A DNA stretch of 64,000 nt from the NCBI RefSeq assembly GCF_009914755.1, contig NC_060932.1, one strand, 5' to 3'. Below, piece after piece: positions 14,018-28,015 of this stretch (position 1 is its first letter; each line of letters starts with the position of its first letter). The translations under genes and the position numbers were made by a program. The DNA comes from the human T2T-CHM13v2.0 reference genome, Homo sapiens. A model generated the notes under the pieces. That model had not been told where the DNA came from, searched no databases, and saw nothing but the letters and a program-made list of their open reading frames with translations.

Positions 14018-15754
14018 TGCCCAATTTCCTTGCAAACCACTATATTTACAAACATTTAAAACAACTAAAATACACAGGTATCCAAGAGCTTTTTCTGAGG
14101 AAAAAGAAAAAAAAATTCATCTTTTTTTTTTTTTTTTTGCCTTTAGGCCTCTTCTCAATTATTGTTTGTATGCAGATAAAACAGTTTTGCATTACCTCTA
14201 AACTGAATATGTTGAGACTATAACTGTTAATAATGCAGCCATTAACCCCACATTTTTGTATCATATTAAGTATAGAAAACTGTAGGGCATGCTCTTTTAA
14301 GTGTTAATAATTTGTGCTTGTAATTTGTTGTAGTTATTAACTCGGTTGGGAGAGTTGAGAAAGCTAGGAGTGGGGGAGTACAGTGCTGAATCTTGCCTTA
14401 TTAAGCAATGAGCAAGCCACTTTTCTTTAAAAGCAATCAACTCTGCATTAATATGGGCAATTGAAATTTTAAATTAAAAGTAGCTTTCACCAGAAAAAAA
14501 GTTACTCTGAGAGGATATGGAATCACTATAGTAAAGACAAAATTTTAAAGTACATGCCTAGTAAGTTATTTTGTAGTATGAACAATGAAGAACACTAACA
14601 TAGTGATCTGATTTCCCACACATTATCATATTAGCTATTGTCTCATTAAACTGATATATTATAATAATGAACCTAATACTCCCAGTCAGAAGTCTTAAGA
14701 ACTAAGTGATGACTCTCAGATTTGCTTCTCCATTCTGTCTGTAAATGTCTTAATTTATTTAGTTTTTTAAGGTGCAAACAGCAGTAGGTCTTCTGATTCT
14801 AAAATGTTCTGAATAGCCAAAGGTATTTGCCTGGTTGAAAGTGATGCAAGGAAAATGTGTAAGAGATTTTAAAGTGGCTCAAAAGATTACTGGTTATTGT
14901 TTTTTTGAAAGAAAGTTGTCCAGCAAATTGGGTTACTTGTGTTAAATGGAGACTGTGGTATAATGCAATGGATTATTGCCCAGTGAACAGATTTATTTTG
15001 TCTCTATGCATCTATTTGTTTGTAAATTCATTTTAACATTCCTGATTATCTATCTTATCTACAGATCTATCTAATTTATCTATTAACCATCTATTATTTG
15101 GTTATTTGAATTCTCCTTTGAACCACTGTAACATCTTACTGGGTTTCTCATTATTTAACTGGGAGTTAAATAAAATTTTTGATTTAAATATCCTTTATAT
15201 TTATATGAGAGTCATAATTATGCTCTTTTTAAAAATTACCTCTTAACACTGACCTGATGCTGGTGCCTCAATCCAATGGGTAGAACACCCTTTTATTTCT
15301 AGGACTACAATTAACCCCAAGTCTGTGCTGATTATGCCTTTTGCATGATTAACAAGCTCCGTGGTGGTCTGTTTCTTCATTTCCAAGCACATACAGAATT
15401 CCCTGCATCTCAGCTCCAAGCTTCTTTTCTGTTTTCTTAAGCATATAGATTTCAAAACGATTTTGCTCTCAAGATACAAGAGTAAGCTGTATACATCAAG
15501 CTATTTCTTAAGGGAAACACTACTCATTTTTTTTCTTCTTTAAACATAATAGATGTTAAAGAAAATGTTTTTATCTCTTTTGTTGAAAAAATCAATTTTT
15601 ATAGTGGTATATATACTGTAGTAAGCTAGAAAAAGGAAACCAGTAAGATAAAAGCAAACATAAAAATTATCTAGTTTTTATGCCTGAAACTATATCTGAG
15701 CCTATTATATTTTCATACATTGTATTTTAGAATAGAGTTTATTAATTCCACCAG

Positions 15755-15840
15755 CATTAGTTGATTCTATGATGTGCCAGGAACTGGGTTAAATGCTAGG
15801 GTTAAGAAAGTGACCAGTACAGATAGGGTCCCTGCTCTTT
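15755..15840 (-). mobile_element. L2 fragment
   Basis: ctatgatgtgccaggaactgggttaaatgctagg...acagatagggtccctgctct resembles the reverse complement of the L2 3' end. Confidence 0.55.
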
Positions 15841-16769
15841 AACTCTATTAATTATATTTCTGTTTATTGATGTGGCAGCTTTTCTTTATTCCACCCATGA
15901 AAAGATGTTAGGCTGGCCAATTAATTATAAACCAACAATAGGGAACTTTGGGTACATATTTCCATGAAGAGTATTGCTATACTGATCAATTAAATCCATT
16001 CTTCAAAGCAAAGCACCTACTAATCTCTAATGGCAACATTCGTGGAGTTCTCGACCACATTTTTAATAAATCTATAACTTAGATTTTAAAAAAATCACTT
16101 TAAAAGTCTGGAGAAATCACTTAGAGGAAAACTAATTTATATCACATTGCTATAACCTTTATCCCAATTTTAAAGTATTTTCCTAGTTCATTTTCTCCCC
16201 CATGAATAAATTCAGAATGAGACAAGGCAGTGTATCTATCTACTCTTTCTTGTAGACAAAGCAAGCTTTATTTGACATCTAATTTTTGAAGTATCCATCC
16301 AAATAAGATTGAGAGGTAGGGTTCCATTGACTGAGAAAGTTTGCATAACATAAATTTTCATTTAACTGTTTCAATAAGCATTTGTTTTCTATTCTCTATC
16401 AAACCCTGTCGAATCCTTTTTCCTTTGGTCACATTCATTTAATACCTGAGACTTCATCCAATTTGCTTAATTAAGCCATCCCAAATGTAAATCAATAAAT
16501 GATGACAGTGTGTAAGATGGCATAAAGAAACTCTTGAGCATTAGCATAGATAACTGGCAGAATTCTCACTACAGACCAACAGTTACCCTGAAAGCATCAC
16601 TGTGGAAACAGTATAGTGGGTGCCTGGAATATGTCATAATGCACTAAAATGGGTTAGTGCTCACAGGGGAGGGCCTTTGCTTAGAACATGAATAAATAGA
16701 ACAACAAGAATTTAAAGCTCCCTTTTCCACTAAACTCTAATCTGCAATATGGTTGAAACGTTCTACCAC

Positions 16770-19518
16770 TGCTAGCAGTCTCTCCTCGAACAATGTTTAA
16801 TCAGGCTCTTCTGAATCCTCTTCCCAACTAGGCCCTGACTATTTTACTTCTGTGTCTGTCTTTGCATTGTCCAACTTTAACAAGAATCCTAATGAGCTGG
16901 TTTAGCCAAAACCCCCTTCCCTCAATGTCTGATTACCCTCTCACCTCCACCATCCCCCAGGTGATATCTGTTCACCCTGGTTTGCTTTCACCAACAGTAC
17001 TGTTAGGGTGGTTTGGCCAGAATCCCCCTCATCCCTGATGTTTCCTCTTAATAATTTTCCATCTACTGACCTCCATCCTGCTTCTTGTCTATAAATTCCC
17101 ACTTTTTCTTGCTATATTTGAAGTTGGCTCAATCTCTCTTCTCTACTGCGAAACCCATCAGAGTAGTTCATATGCCTATCTTGATACTTCTGAATAGTCT
17201 ATTTGATACAGTTTGGCTTCATCTTCACCCAAATCTCATCTTGAATTGTAATCCCAATAATCCCTATGTCCCCCTGAGAGGTAATTGAATCATGGAGGTT
17301 GTTTTCCCTTTGTTGTTCTCATGATAGTGAATGAGTTCTCATGAAATATGATGGCTTTATAAGCATCTGGCATTCCCCCTGCTGGCTCACCCTGTGTCCT
17401 GCTGCCACATGAAGAAGGTGCCTGCTTCTCCCGTTGCCTTCTGCCATGATTGTAAATTTCCCGAGGCCTCCTCAGCAATGTAGAACTGTGAATCAATTAA
17501 ACCTTTTTCCTTTATAAATTACCTAATCTTGGGTATTTCTTCATAGCAGTGTGAGAACAGGCTAATACAGTAAATTGGTACCAGGAGTGGGGTGCTGCTA
17601 CAAAGATACCTGAAAATGTGGAAGCAACTTTGGAACTAGGTAAGAGGCAAAAGTTAGAAAGTTTTGAGGGCTCAGAAGACAGGGAGATGTGGGAAAGTTT
17701 GGAACTCCCTAAAGATTTGTTGAATGGCTTTGACCAAAATGCTGATAGTGATATGGACAACGAAGTCCAGACTGAGGTTTTCTCAGATGGAGATGAGAAA
17801 CTTGTTGAGAACTAGAATAAAGGTGATTCTTTCTCTGCTTTAGTAAAGAGACTGGTGGCATTTTGCCCCTGTGCTAGAGATGTGTGGAACTTACTTTGAA
17901 CTTGAGAGAGATGATTTAAGGTATCTGGCAGAAGACATTACTAAGCTGCAAAGCATTCAAGTGGAAGCAGAGCATAAAAGTTTGGAGAATTTGCAGCCTG
18001 ACCATGTGATAGAAAATAAAAACCTATTTTCTGGGGAGAAATTCAAGCCAGCTGCAGAAATTTGCATAAGTAATGAGGAGCCAGATATTAATCCCCAGGA
18101 CAATAGGGAAAATGTCTCCAGAGCATGTCAGAGACCTTCATGGAAGCCCCTCCCATCAAAGGCCCAAAGGCTTAGGAGGGAAAAATGGTTTCCTGGGCTG
18201 GCTCAGGGCTCCCCTGCTCTGTGCAGCCTCAGGACATGGTGCCCTGCACCCAGCTGCTTCGGCTCTAGCTGTGGCTAAAAGGAACCAAGGTACAGCTTGA
18301 GCCATTACTTCAAAGGGTGCAAGTCCCAAGCCTTGGCAGCTTTCACACGGTGTTGAGCCTGTGGGTGCACAGAAGTCAAGAACTGAGGTTTGGGAACCTC
18401 TACCTAGATTTCAGAAGATGTATGGAAATGTCTGGATGTCCAGGCAGAAGTTTGCTGCAGGGTGGAGCCATCATGAAGAACTTCTGCTAGGGCACTGTGG
18501 AAGGGAAATACGGGATCAGAGCTCCCACACAGAGTACCCACTGGGGCACTGCCTAGTGGAGCTATGAGAAGAGGGCCACCGTCCTCCAGATCCAGATGGT
18601 AGATTCACTGACAGCTTGTATCGTGCACCAGGAAAAGTCACAGATGCTCAATGCCAGTCTATGAAAGCAGCCAGGATGGGGGTTTTACCCTGCAATGCCA
18701 CAGAGGTGGAGTTGCCCAAGGCTGACAGAGCCCACTTCTTGCATCAGCGTGACCTGGATGTGAGACATGAAGTCAAAGAAGATCATTTTGGAATTTTAAG
18801 GCTTAATGACTGCTCTATTGGATTTTGGACTTGTATGGGGCCTGTAGCCCTTTTGTTTTGGCCAATTTCTCTCATTTGGAACTGGTGTATTTGCCAAATG
18901 CCTGTACCCCCATTGTATCTAGGAGATAACTAACTTGCTTTTGCTTTTACAGGCTTATAGGTAGAAGGGACTTGCCTTGTTTCAGATGAGACTTTGAACT
19001 TGTACTTTTGGGTTAATGCTGGAATGAATGAAGACTTTGGAGAACTGTTGGAAAGGTATGATTGTGTTTTGAAATGTGAGGGCATGAGATTGGAAGGGAC
19101 CATGGGCTGTGTCCTCATCCAAATCTCATCTTGAATTGTAGTTCCCATAATTTCCATGTGTACTGGGAAGGACCCAGTGAGAGGTAACTGAATCATGAGG
19201 GTGGTTTCCCCATAGCTGTTGTCATGATAGTGAGTGAGTTCTTATGAGATATGATGGTTTTATAAGTGTCTGGTATTTCCGCTTCTGGCTCTCACTTCAT
19301 CCTGCCACCCTGTGAAGAAAGTGCCTGCTTCTCCTTTGCTTTCTACCATGATTGTAAGTTTCCTGAGGTTTCTCAAGCTATTCAGGACTGTGAATCAATA
19401 AAACCTCTTTCCTTTATAAATTACCCAGTCTTGGATATTTCTGCACAGTAGCATGAGAATGGACCAATACACTATTCTTCTATTGTTTAACAAGTACACG
19501 AATGATTTCTTTTTAAAA
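16770..19518 (+). mobile_element. ERV1 solo LTR (MER31-like), split near its 3' end by a THE1 provirus (16770-17203 plus 19472-19518)
   Basis: tctctcctcgaacaa...tcaggctcttctgaatcctcttcccaactaggcc...caagaatcct...gtttagcca...gccagaatccccctcatccctgatgtttcctctta. Confidence 0.65.
17204..19471 (+). mobile_element. THE1D-type MaLR provirus (5' LTR 17204-17569, internal, 3' LTR ~19105-19471)
   Basis: TG...CA termini, internal start gtaaattggtaccaggagtgggg, and a perfect 5-bp TSD ctatt (17199-17203, 19472-19476). Confidence 0.92.
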
Positions 19519-20237
19519 CTGCCTAAGCAAACCAGAAACTTTTGGAAGTCACTTTTAATTTTTGAGCCATCAAAATAACTAGCTGTTACATTATATAGAG
19601 GTTCACTGATTTAGCAATTAATTAACTTGAAACGAGGATAATGAAACAAATATGGACATGATTACCATAATTCAATGATCAGGATTGGAGTTATTGAATT
19701 AAAAATGAAAATTGAATTTATGTAAATTAATATTTCAATTTGTTTGTCATTTTTTTCTCAGAGGGGAATAATTCTCTGAGTATCCTAATGGCATGACAGT
19801 GTCAGAAAAAAAAAACTGAGACTTAGACTGGGGCATGGTTAAGGGAAGAGATTCAAATCCTATGTAGAAGGTGATGGAGAGTTAAAATTAAAATACGTAA
19901 GAGGTTGTAGTGAATTCAGCTTTGGTTTAAACCTGTAAACCTGTTTTGATATAAAAGTCTTCAAATTTGGTGGAGTAAGGGCAGCAGGTCTCTCTGGAAG
20001 CAACTCTAGTAGTCAGAAGGATAGTGCCAAATTAATGAATGGTGACAATGACAGTGCCAATCAAAGCTTGCCAAATGACAAGCCCTCTTTGTTGCATAGA
20101 AGAATGGATGAAGCAACCTAAAGATTATCAGCACTTATAGCTGAGCAGATTTAGGAAGATTAATGTTTTCAAATGACCAACTTATGTGTCTGAAATGTCC
20201 TGTGATATTAAGGTATTTCATAAAATTGCTTAATAAA

Positions 20238-20442
20238 GAGTTAAGCATTCAATTTCTGGAATCAGACTCTCAAGGACTTAATCCAGGATTAACCACATGG
20301 GAAAGCCTCAGTTTCCTCATCTGTAAAATAGGGATAATAAAAGTACCTGACCTCCTAGGATTGATGTGAATAGCACATAAATTAATACTTGTAAAACATT
20401 TTAAATAGCACCTGAAGCAGTAATAAATGTTAGTCACCATTA
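20238..20442 (+). mobile_element. MIR
   Basis: MIR core gcctcagtttcctcatctgtaaaatagggataataa. Confidence 0.8.
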
Positions 20443-21254
20443 CTAGTAACTCAGCTTTGTAAATATATATGTTCCTAATTCAGTCAGAAAACTTACTGAT
20501 AGGCAAAATTTAATTGAACTTTTATGTGAGCATATCCTCTTTCATTGTCTGCTTTCTATACATCAGTATTTAGTAAAAAAGATAGAACTGCCTGGGTGAG
20601 ATGAGTACTCCAGCTATTTTAATCAAGCTTAGTTTGTCTTAAGACTTCAAGATGGCTATGCACTTCTCTGTCTACTTGATTTTACATTCTATCCTTTTGG
20701 ATGAAAAAGGAAAATGTAATTATCAGCTTTCTTTTGGGGCTAAGAAAAGGGGAGCAAGGTGAGAGTGCATTCTACCTTTGTTTTTGTTTACTCCCTCAAT
20801 CTTAATTCCTTCTGTTTCAACTTCATCACAAAAGAAATAGTTCCACATAGAAGGAAGTCGGTGCAGAAAAGGAAATTAGAAAATATCATAAATTCCTATT
20901 AGATCTATGTTTGATTCTCAACATGCTTACTACTCCTTTTGCAAAATCTACACATTGTTTTGTATTTCAGGGTTTATTTTGATGCCTATATTAGGAACTG
21001 AGCTGGTTTGCCACTTTGTTAAAAATTGTATCACCCCTGTTTTGCTCAATTTTCATTTTATTACCAACACAGCACAGATGAAAATGCACATGTGCATCCA
21101 CAGTACTGACAGAACAGAAATAAAGAAGGATTCAAATCAAAGATGGGTAGAGTACTATATTTCACTATGTGTGAAATCATAAAAAATTACTGTTGGTAAC
21201 ACAAGCTCTTATAATGTTTGGCTACTTTTATGTGAATTTCTGACTCGTATTTTC

Positions 21255-21331
21255 TTTTTTATTATTATTATACTTTAAGTTTTAGGGTACATGTGCACAA
21301 CGTGCAGGTTTGTTACATATGTATACATGTG
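21255..21331 (-). mobile_element. 77-bp L1PA (L1PA4-like) extreme 3' end
   Basis: ttattatactttaagttttagggtacatgtgcacaacgtgcaggtttgttacatatgtatacatgtg, with a perfect TSD tcgtattttc (21245-21254, 21332-21341). Confidence 0.92.
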
Positions 21332-21764
21332 TCGTATTTTCATCTCATATGAATATTTTAAGACAAAATATTAGACATTTTCATGAATGCAAAATGCTTC
21401 CCTTTTAAATCAGTAACATACACTGTGCAGAACTGTTTGCCCTCCATACTGTATACTCTGAACTGTGAAAGTACTTATTGTATAAATAGCTACAAATTTG
21501 CATTTTGGGATCATTATACCACTTGTATATCATGATTTTAAAGGCTTTATCATTTAAAGATTATTACAAGATGTGCAATTAAAACTTCAATTTTATGAAA
21601 AACAAATAAATAAAAGTGTAGTATTATGAAAATTTACTTTCAAAAGCATCAGAAAGCCAGAATCTTAAAAATCAGTACCAAATCAAATCAATGAGCTACT
21701 GTTTTTTAAAACTATCATCTAGCAATGGACAAGTTTAGATAGAAGTTACATTAATTGATTAATG

Positions 21765-22091
21765 AATTAAATATCCCTAATCCCAAAATCCCAAATCAAA
21801 AACGCCTCAAACTCCAAATATTTTTTGGTGCTGAAATGACTTCACAAGTGGAAAATTTCACACCCAATGTCATGTGACGGTCACAAATATTATTTAAAAT
21901 ATTGTATAAAATTACCTTAGGTTATGCATATAAGAAGTATATGAAACATAAATAAATTTTGTGTTCAGATGTGTGTCCCATTCCCCAATATCTCATTATG
22001 TATAAGCGAACATTTCAAAATCCAAAATAATTGGACATCTAAGACACTTCTAGTCTCATGCATAAGGGATGATTAGGGATACTTGACTGTA
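21765..22091 (+). mobile_element. TcMar-Tigger non-autonomous element (Tigger4b/MER46C-like)
   Basis: atccctaatcccaaaatcc...cacaagtggaaaatttcacacc...tattgtataaaattacctt...tagggatact, with degenerate terminal inverted repeats. Confidence 0.75.
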
Positions 22092-23142
22092 CTATCAAGT
22101 GAAACTTTTATTAATAGTTTGAAAACTTTTATATTTTCTACATATCAGTTAGATTCCAGGCACTTATGGTTATTATCATAGTACAATAGCAGTAAACATA
22201 CTAACTCACAGTGAGCTGCGTTATGCTGATTTAGCATTTTAAAATCTCCATGCAGAAGCATGGCTCCACCCTAGAATGCTGGGGCCAATCCTGCCTTTGA
22301 GCAAAAAAGTCTGGAGTGCTAAGTCAGCAACTCACAGAGTATAATGAGACCATTCTGGCTCTGAAAAATAAATATGTGAAAATCTTAATATGTATTGCTA
22401 TTTTGTAGTAATTAGGAAATACAATATGTTATTAAAAAATTCAATGATTTGACTATGGTACCCAATTATCCAGTAATTTGGTAGCTCCAGGAATCTAGGT
22501 TTGCTTTGAACTTAACAACAATAAATGGGGTCGTAATTTATCTTTCTGTTAACAATTTCTTTGTGTGATACTTTTGTCAACCCATAAACTAGGTTTGCTG
22601 ACTAAATCCATAATATCTACTTTCAGATTTCTCTAAAGCTAGATTTCTGTCTGTATTGTGACCATTTGCCTACTGTCAAAATTTCAAAACTGCCTATTTG
22701 ACATATTTTAAATGTATAGACATTAAAAAACCATCTTATAAGCAAATATAGTTTAATTTTCTTTAATTGTTCCAGGAGCAAATATCTATTCCACTGCAAG
22801 CCAGAAGTTTATCTGCAATTTGGCAGTTGTAACATTTCCCAGAAGTTGAGAATTAATTTGGTGTTTAAAAGCAAACGAAATAAAGAAAAACACAATAAGC
22901 GATTCCATTGTATGTTTAAAAGAATTAAAACAGAAAAGCCAAATAAAAAGTTTAAAGTGTTCAAATATGTTATTAGCACTTTTGTTTTGAACCATTTTCA
23001 ATTTGAATGTGTGCTTTTATTTAATCACCTTTCATATTTTTTTTTACACATTTTGTAGAACATGTCTGCCAAATCCCAATTAGGTCAGAAAGATTAAAGC
23101 CAGAAAAACATTCTCCTATGGACTATAAATTAAATTACTGGG

Positions 23143-23625
23143 ATTTATTTTATTATGTAAAATTTCAAACATATACCAAGTAGACATAATAGTAAACACC
23201 CATGAAACCATCACCCAACTTCAACACTTATCAACATTATGCCAATCTTGTTTCATGTGTCTCTTCCTATCCGACCTGTATCCCCAACCTGGAGTACTTT
23301 TAAGCAACTCCCCAACATCATATTCTTTTTCCATAAATGCTTTGGTATTTGTCTCTAACAGATAAAAACTTTAAAAAATAGCCACAATATAATTACCAGA
23401 TCTAACAAATTTAATGATAATTTCTTTATTTCATCAAATAACTATTTCTTGTTCCGATTTCCCTGATTTTACCCAAAAATAGTCTTTTTATAGTTAGTTT
23501 AATCAAATCTGAATTCAAAGTCCATACATTTCATTCGATTGATGTGTTGCTAATGTTACTTTTAATATATAAAATCTATAACCCACATCTTATTTTTAAT
23601 GACATATATTTGTGAAAAAAAATGA
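23143..23625 (-). mobile_element. Old L1M (L1MC-like) 3' end
   Basis: aaaatttcaaacatatacc...ccatcacccaacttcaacacttatcaac...gccaatcttgtttcat. Confidence 0.6.
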
Positions 23626-24259
23626 GTCTTTTAAAGCAGAGAGACTAAAATAGGATAAAACTCAATTGAACAAAATTTTACTGGCATCTAGCTGTTGGTG
23701 AGAGTTAATTTTATAAGGTTATTAAAGAATGTAATTCAATTTGTAGGTTACCTCTAGAGGTGAGAGAGATACTATGTGGATATAGTTCCTGGCCCCCCTA
23801 GCTCCTACTTCAGTTAGAGAAGTTTTGTTTCTCTCCGCTTTATGTGTGGGACTTTGACACACAATTTAGCATTATGCCCAGATTCAAGCTCTTGCTTTCA
23901 TTGAATTCTTTAACTCCACTCTGCATGTTGCCTCCTACGCACACTCTGCCATGCCTTTTCTGCAGGCAAAGTACCCTCAACCCCTCAACTTTCAAAGTTC
24001 CATTTACTAAGGGCTCTTTCATTGGCAGAATGTACAGCTATTTCAGAATAACAGGTGGAGGGGTACACCATATGTCAACATTTTAAAAAAGGTTCTTAAC
24101 TTTGCAAAAAAAATCATCACCAGTCATCTCTTTAACTTGGGCTCTAGCTTTATGTTGAGAGTCATGTTTGCACATTTTTTTTTTAACAGAAGGAATTCCA
24201 AGCTTACTTATTCTCACTATAAAATGCTACCATTCTTTGGCACTTATTTTGCCAGACTA

Positions 24260-24702
<443 letters not shown>

Positions 24703-24825
24703 TTGCCAGACCAAAGTCTATTAAAAATTTCCAATGAAAGTGAGAGAATTTGCTCCTGGTAGAAATTGAGAAAATGAATAAAAAACAATTTTAAATGAAT
24801 AAAAAACATTTTTAAAAGGTATAAT

Positions 24826-25070
24826 ATTAACTAGTTATCATTCATTAAACCCTTACTATATGTAATGGACTGTGCAAAGTTCTTTATACATATCAGCTTC
24901 ATTGATCCTCACAAAGACCTTTGAGGTAGGCACTATCATCTCTGTTTTGCAGATAAAAAAACAAACAAGACAACTATCAAAAAATTAGTAAGCTAAAAAG
25001 GGAAAGAACTAAGATTTGAATTCATAGAATATGAATTTATCTTAAGCCTGGTCTCTTAGCCATTATCCTA
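24826..25070 (-). mobile_element. MIR
   Basis: tcctcacaaagacctttgaggtaggcactatcatctctgttttgcagat. Confidence 0.7.
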
Positions 25071-25487
25071 TAGAGCATGGCATCATGGAGTGTACTGGTG
25101 GACAGGTCACATTAAAAACTACTGAGAAAACTTAAGGTCAAACACAACAATTAAGACACATGATAAAGAAGCAGAACTGAAAGAAAAGAGTGAATTATTT
25201 TAAGGATATTTTGCTGAAAAGATGGGGGAAATATTTTATAATTTATTTATAAATACATTCATCCTAAATGGCCAAATTATTATTTAGTCATCATGAATAA
25301 TAGAGGAATAGATTTCTATTATCTTAAAAATACACACATCATTTATATAAAATGTGTTCTGAATAAATAAGGTGACATATTCTGCAGACTTTTAGTACTT
25401 TCAGGAATAGATTTTAGAATTCACAGGAGTAGCAGAATCTATTGAGTAACTTTTATTTTCACAATTGTTACAAAGTAAAACGTTAGT

Positions 25488-25670
25488 CATAGAGAGTTGG
25501 GGATTTGCATTTCTACAAACCCAGATTTGACAAGCTTTGCTACTTCCTGGTGTGTGCCCTTGAACATGCTACTAAACTTTTCTGAATTGTTTTCCTAATC
25601 TGCAAAATAATACCCACTCCTTTGGATTGTTGTAAAGATTAATCTGTAAAGCATCTTGCCCAGTAGGTAG
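25488..25670 (+). mobile_element. MIR
   Basis: tgtgtgcccttgaaca...ttttcctaatctgcaaaataatacc...gattgttgtaaagattaa. Confidence 0.6.
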
Positions 25671-26476
25671 ACGAAACAGAAAATGTCACTCACATGTACA
25701 CTCCCAACAAATACACCATATTCTGTGGCATTTCTAGTCTGTTATCTTACAAATTCAAAATTAATATTGATTTTATAAATAAATCAAATTAACCACTTAT
25801 TGTTTAACTCTGTCAAAGACAATGATCAACAGCAAAAACAAGTAACCTTAATAGAAACAAATAAGAAAACTTAACCCTGGAAACAGATAAGGATGATAGA
25901 ATATCAATGTGGGAAGAGGTTTTATCAGTCATTTGGTCCAATTTCTCAGATGCTATACATATTCCTTTAGTTACTTAACCTTCTCCAGAGAGTACATAGA
26001 CACAGAATGGAACATAAAGGAGTTATTGAAATAAATCTACAGAATGTGTATTGCTGAAGGAACACATTGATTTGCACTAGCAGACAAATGGTCTTATGTA
26101 TTGTTTCAGTTCGCCCAAAGACTTTCCTTTGATAGTTATTTTTTTTTTCTTTTCAGAAACAGTCTTAAACAATATCATCCATAACCAAAAAGAGCAAAAA
26201 TATAATAATTTATGCTAACCTGGGAAGGTGAACACTTCTAAATACAACCAAAGTAACACATCTCACCGTGGCTATTTCAATCTTTGCTATCACTGTTGTC
26301 ATCTTCATCACTGATTTTTGGCAACATTATTGTCATCATCATCAAAAGCACATAAGAGTCACCTGTAATTTCATTCCAAACAGCCACATTTTTATTAAAT
26401 TAGTTACTATTTGGTATGTGCAAAGCACTGCACTAATTGCTAAGAAACTTACAAATGGAAATTCTAGATATCATAA

Positions 26477-26737
<261 letters not shown>

Positions 26738-27625
26738 TGAGACTTTTTTCTTTACTTGGTGCACATGTAAAACTAATTTGGATTAGTATTACTAGCTGAC
26801 AAGCAATGAGCCTATTAATGTTTGAGCCTCTACCTCTTGTCCCAAAGCTTTTATATATATATACATATGTAAGTATTCAAGTTCCATGCGTTGTCTAGGC
26901 CTGGCAGAAGCTGTGAAGTATGGAATCGTTTTAAATTACTTAATATGCTATAATTCCAATGGAAGTTTCTCATATTACATTTTAACAAAGTTTCATACTT
27001 ATACACGCAAATTTTATTCATAGAATTCTATAAAGCATTTAGCCTTTAAAAGAAGCTGTGTGAAAAATGTTTTGGATTCTATTCAAAGGGAAAATGGTTG
27101 AAAATTAATGATTTTGTATCTGAATGCAAAAGGAGCTAAAATAGCATCACCTCCACTCCTCCCAACCTACTTGCAGGAATAATTAACGATTCAAAGCCCA
27201 GATCGACGGCCAATAGAGGAAAAAAATAGTTTTAAGATATGATTGCAAAAAACAACAACAACCTTATCTATTTACTAATTGGTTCCTAGTTACCATACCA
27301 AAGGCAAGAAGAATTAATAGTAAGTTCTAAACAAATATTTAAAAATTAATTTTAAAGCAGACTCACATTATCATTATCAGTAAAAGAAACTATAAAGAAC
27401 ATAAATTATTTGCACATGTGACTTACTTTGTATTATGTTTTGGTCTTCAATGGTTTACAAAGCCATGGTAACTCACTTCAAAACACAAATGGATCTTTTT
27501 AAAACAATGAATTAAACCTTATTCTCAAGGTTTGTTAAGACTCTCACTAGAGACCAAGAATAAGATAGGTAATTCCCTAAAATTATTCAGTTTCCCTAAC
27601 TATGTCATAGCTTGATCCAAATTAG

Positions 27626-28015
<390 letters not shown>

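Noticed and set aside
17618-18933. ORFs in the THE1 internal region, homologous to those at 43629-44308
   Set aside because: They are broken remnants of the MaLR internal reading frame, not a new gene pair; the similarity reflects shared repeat origin.
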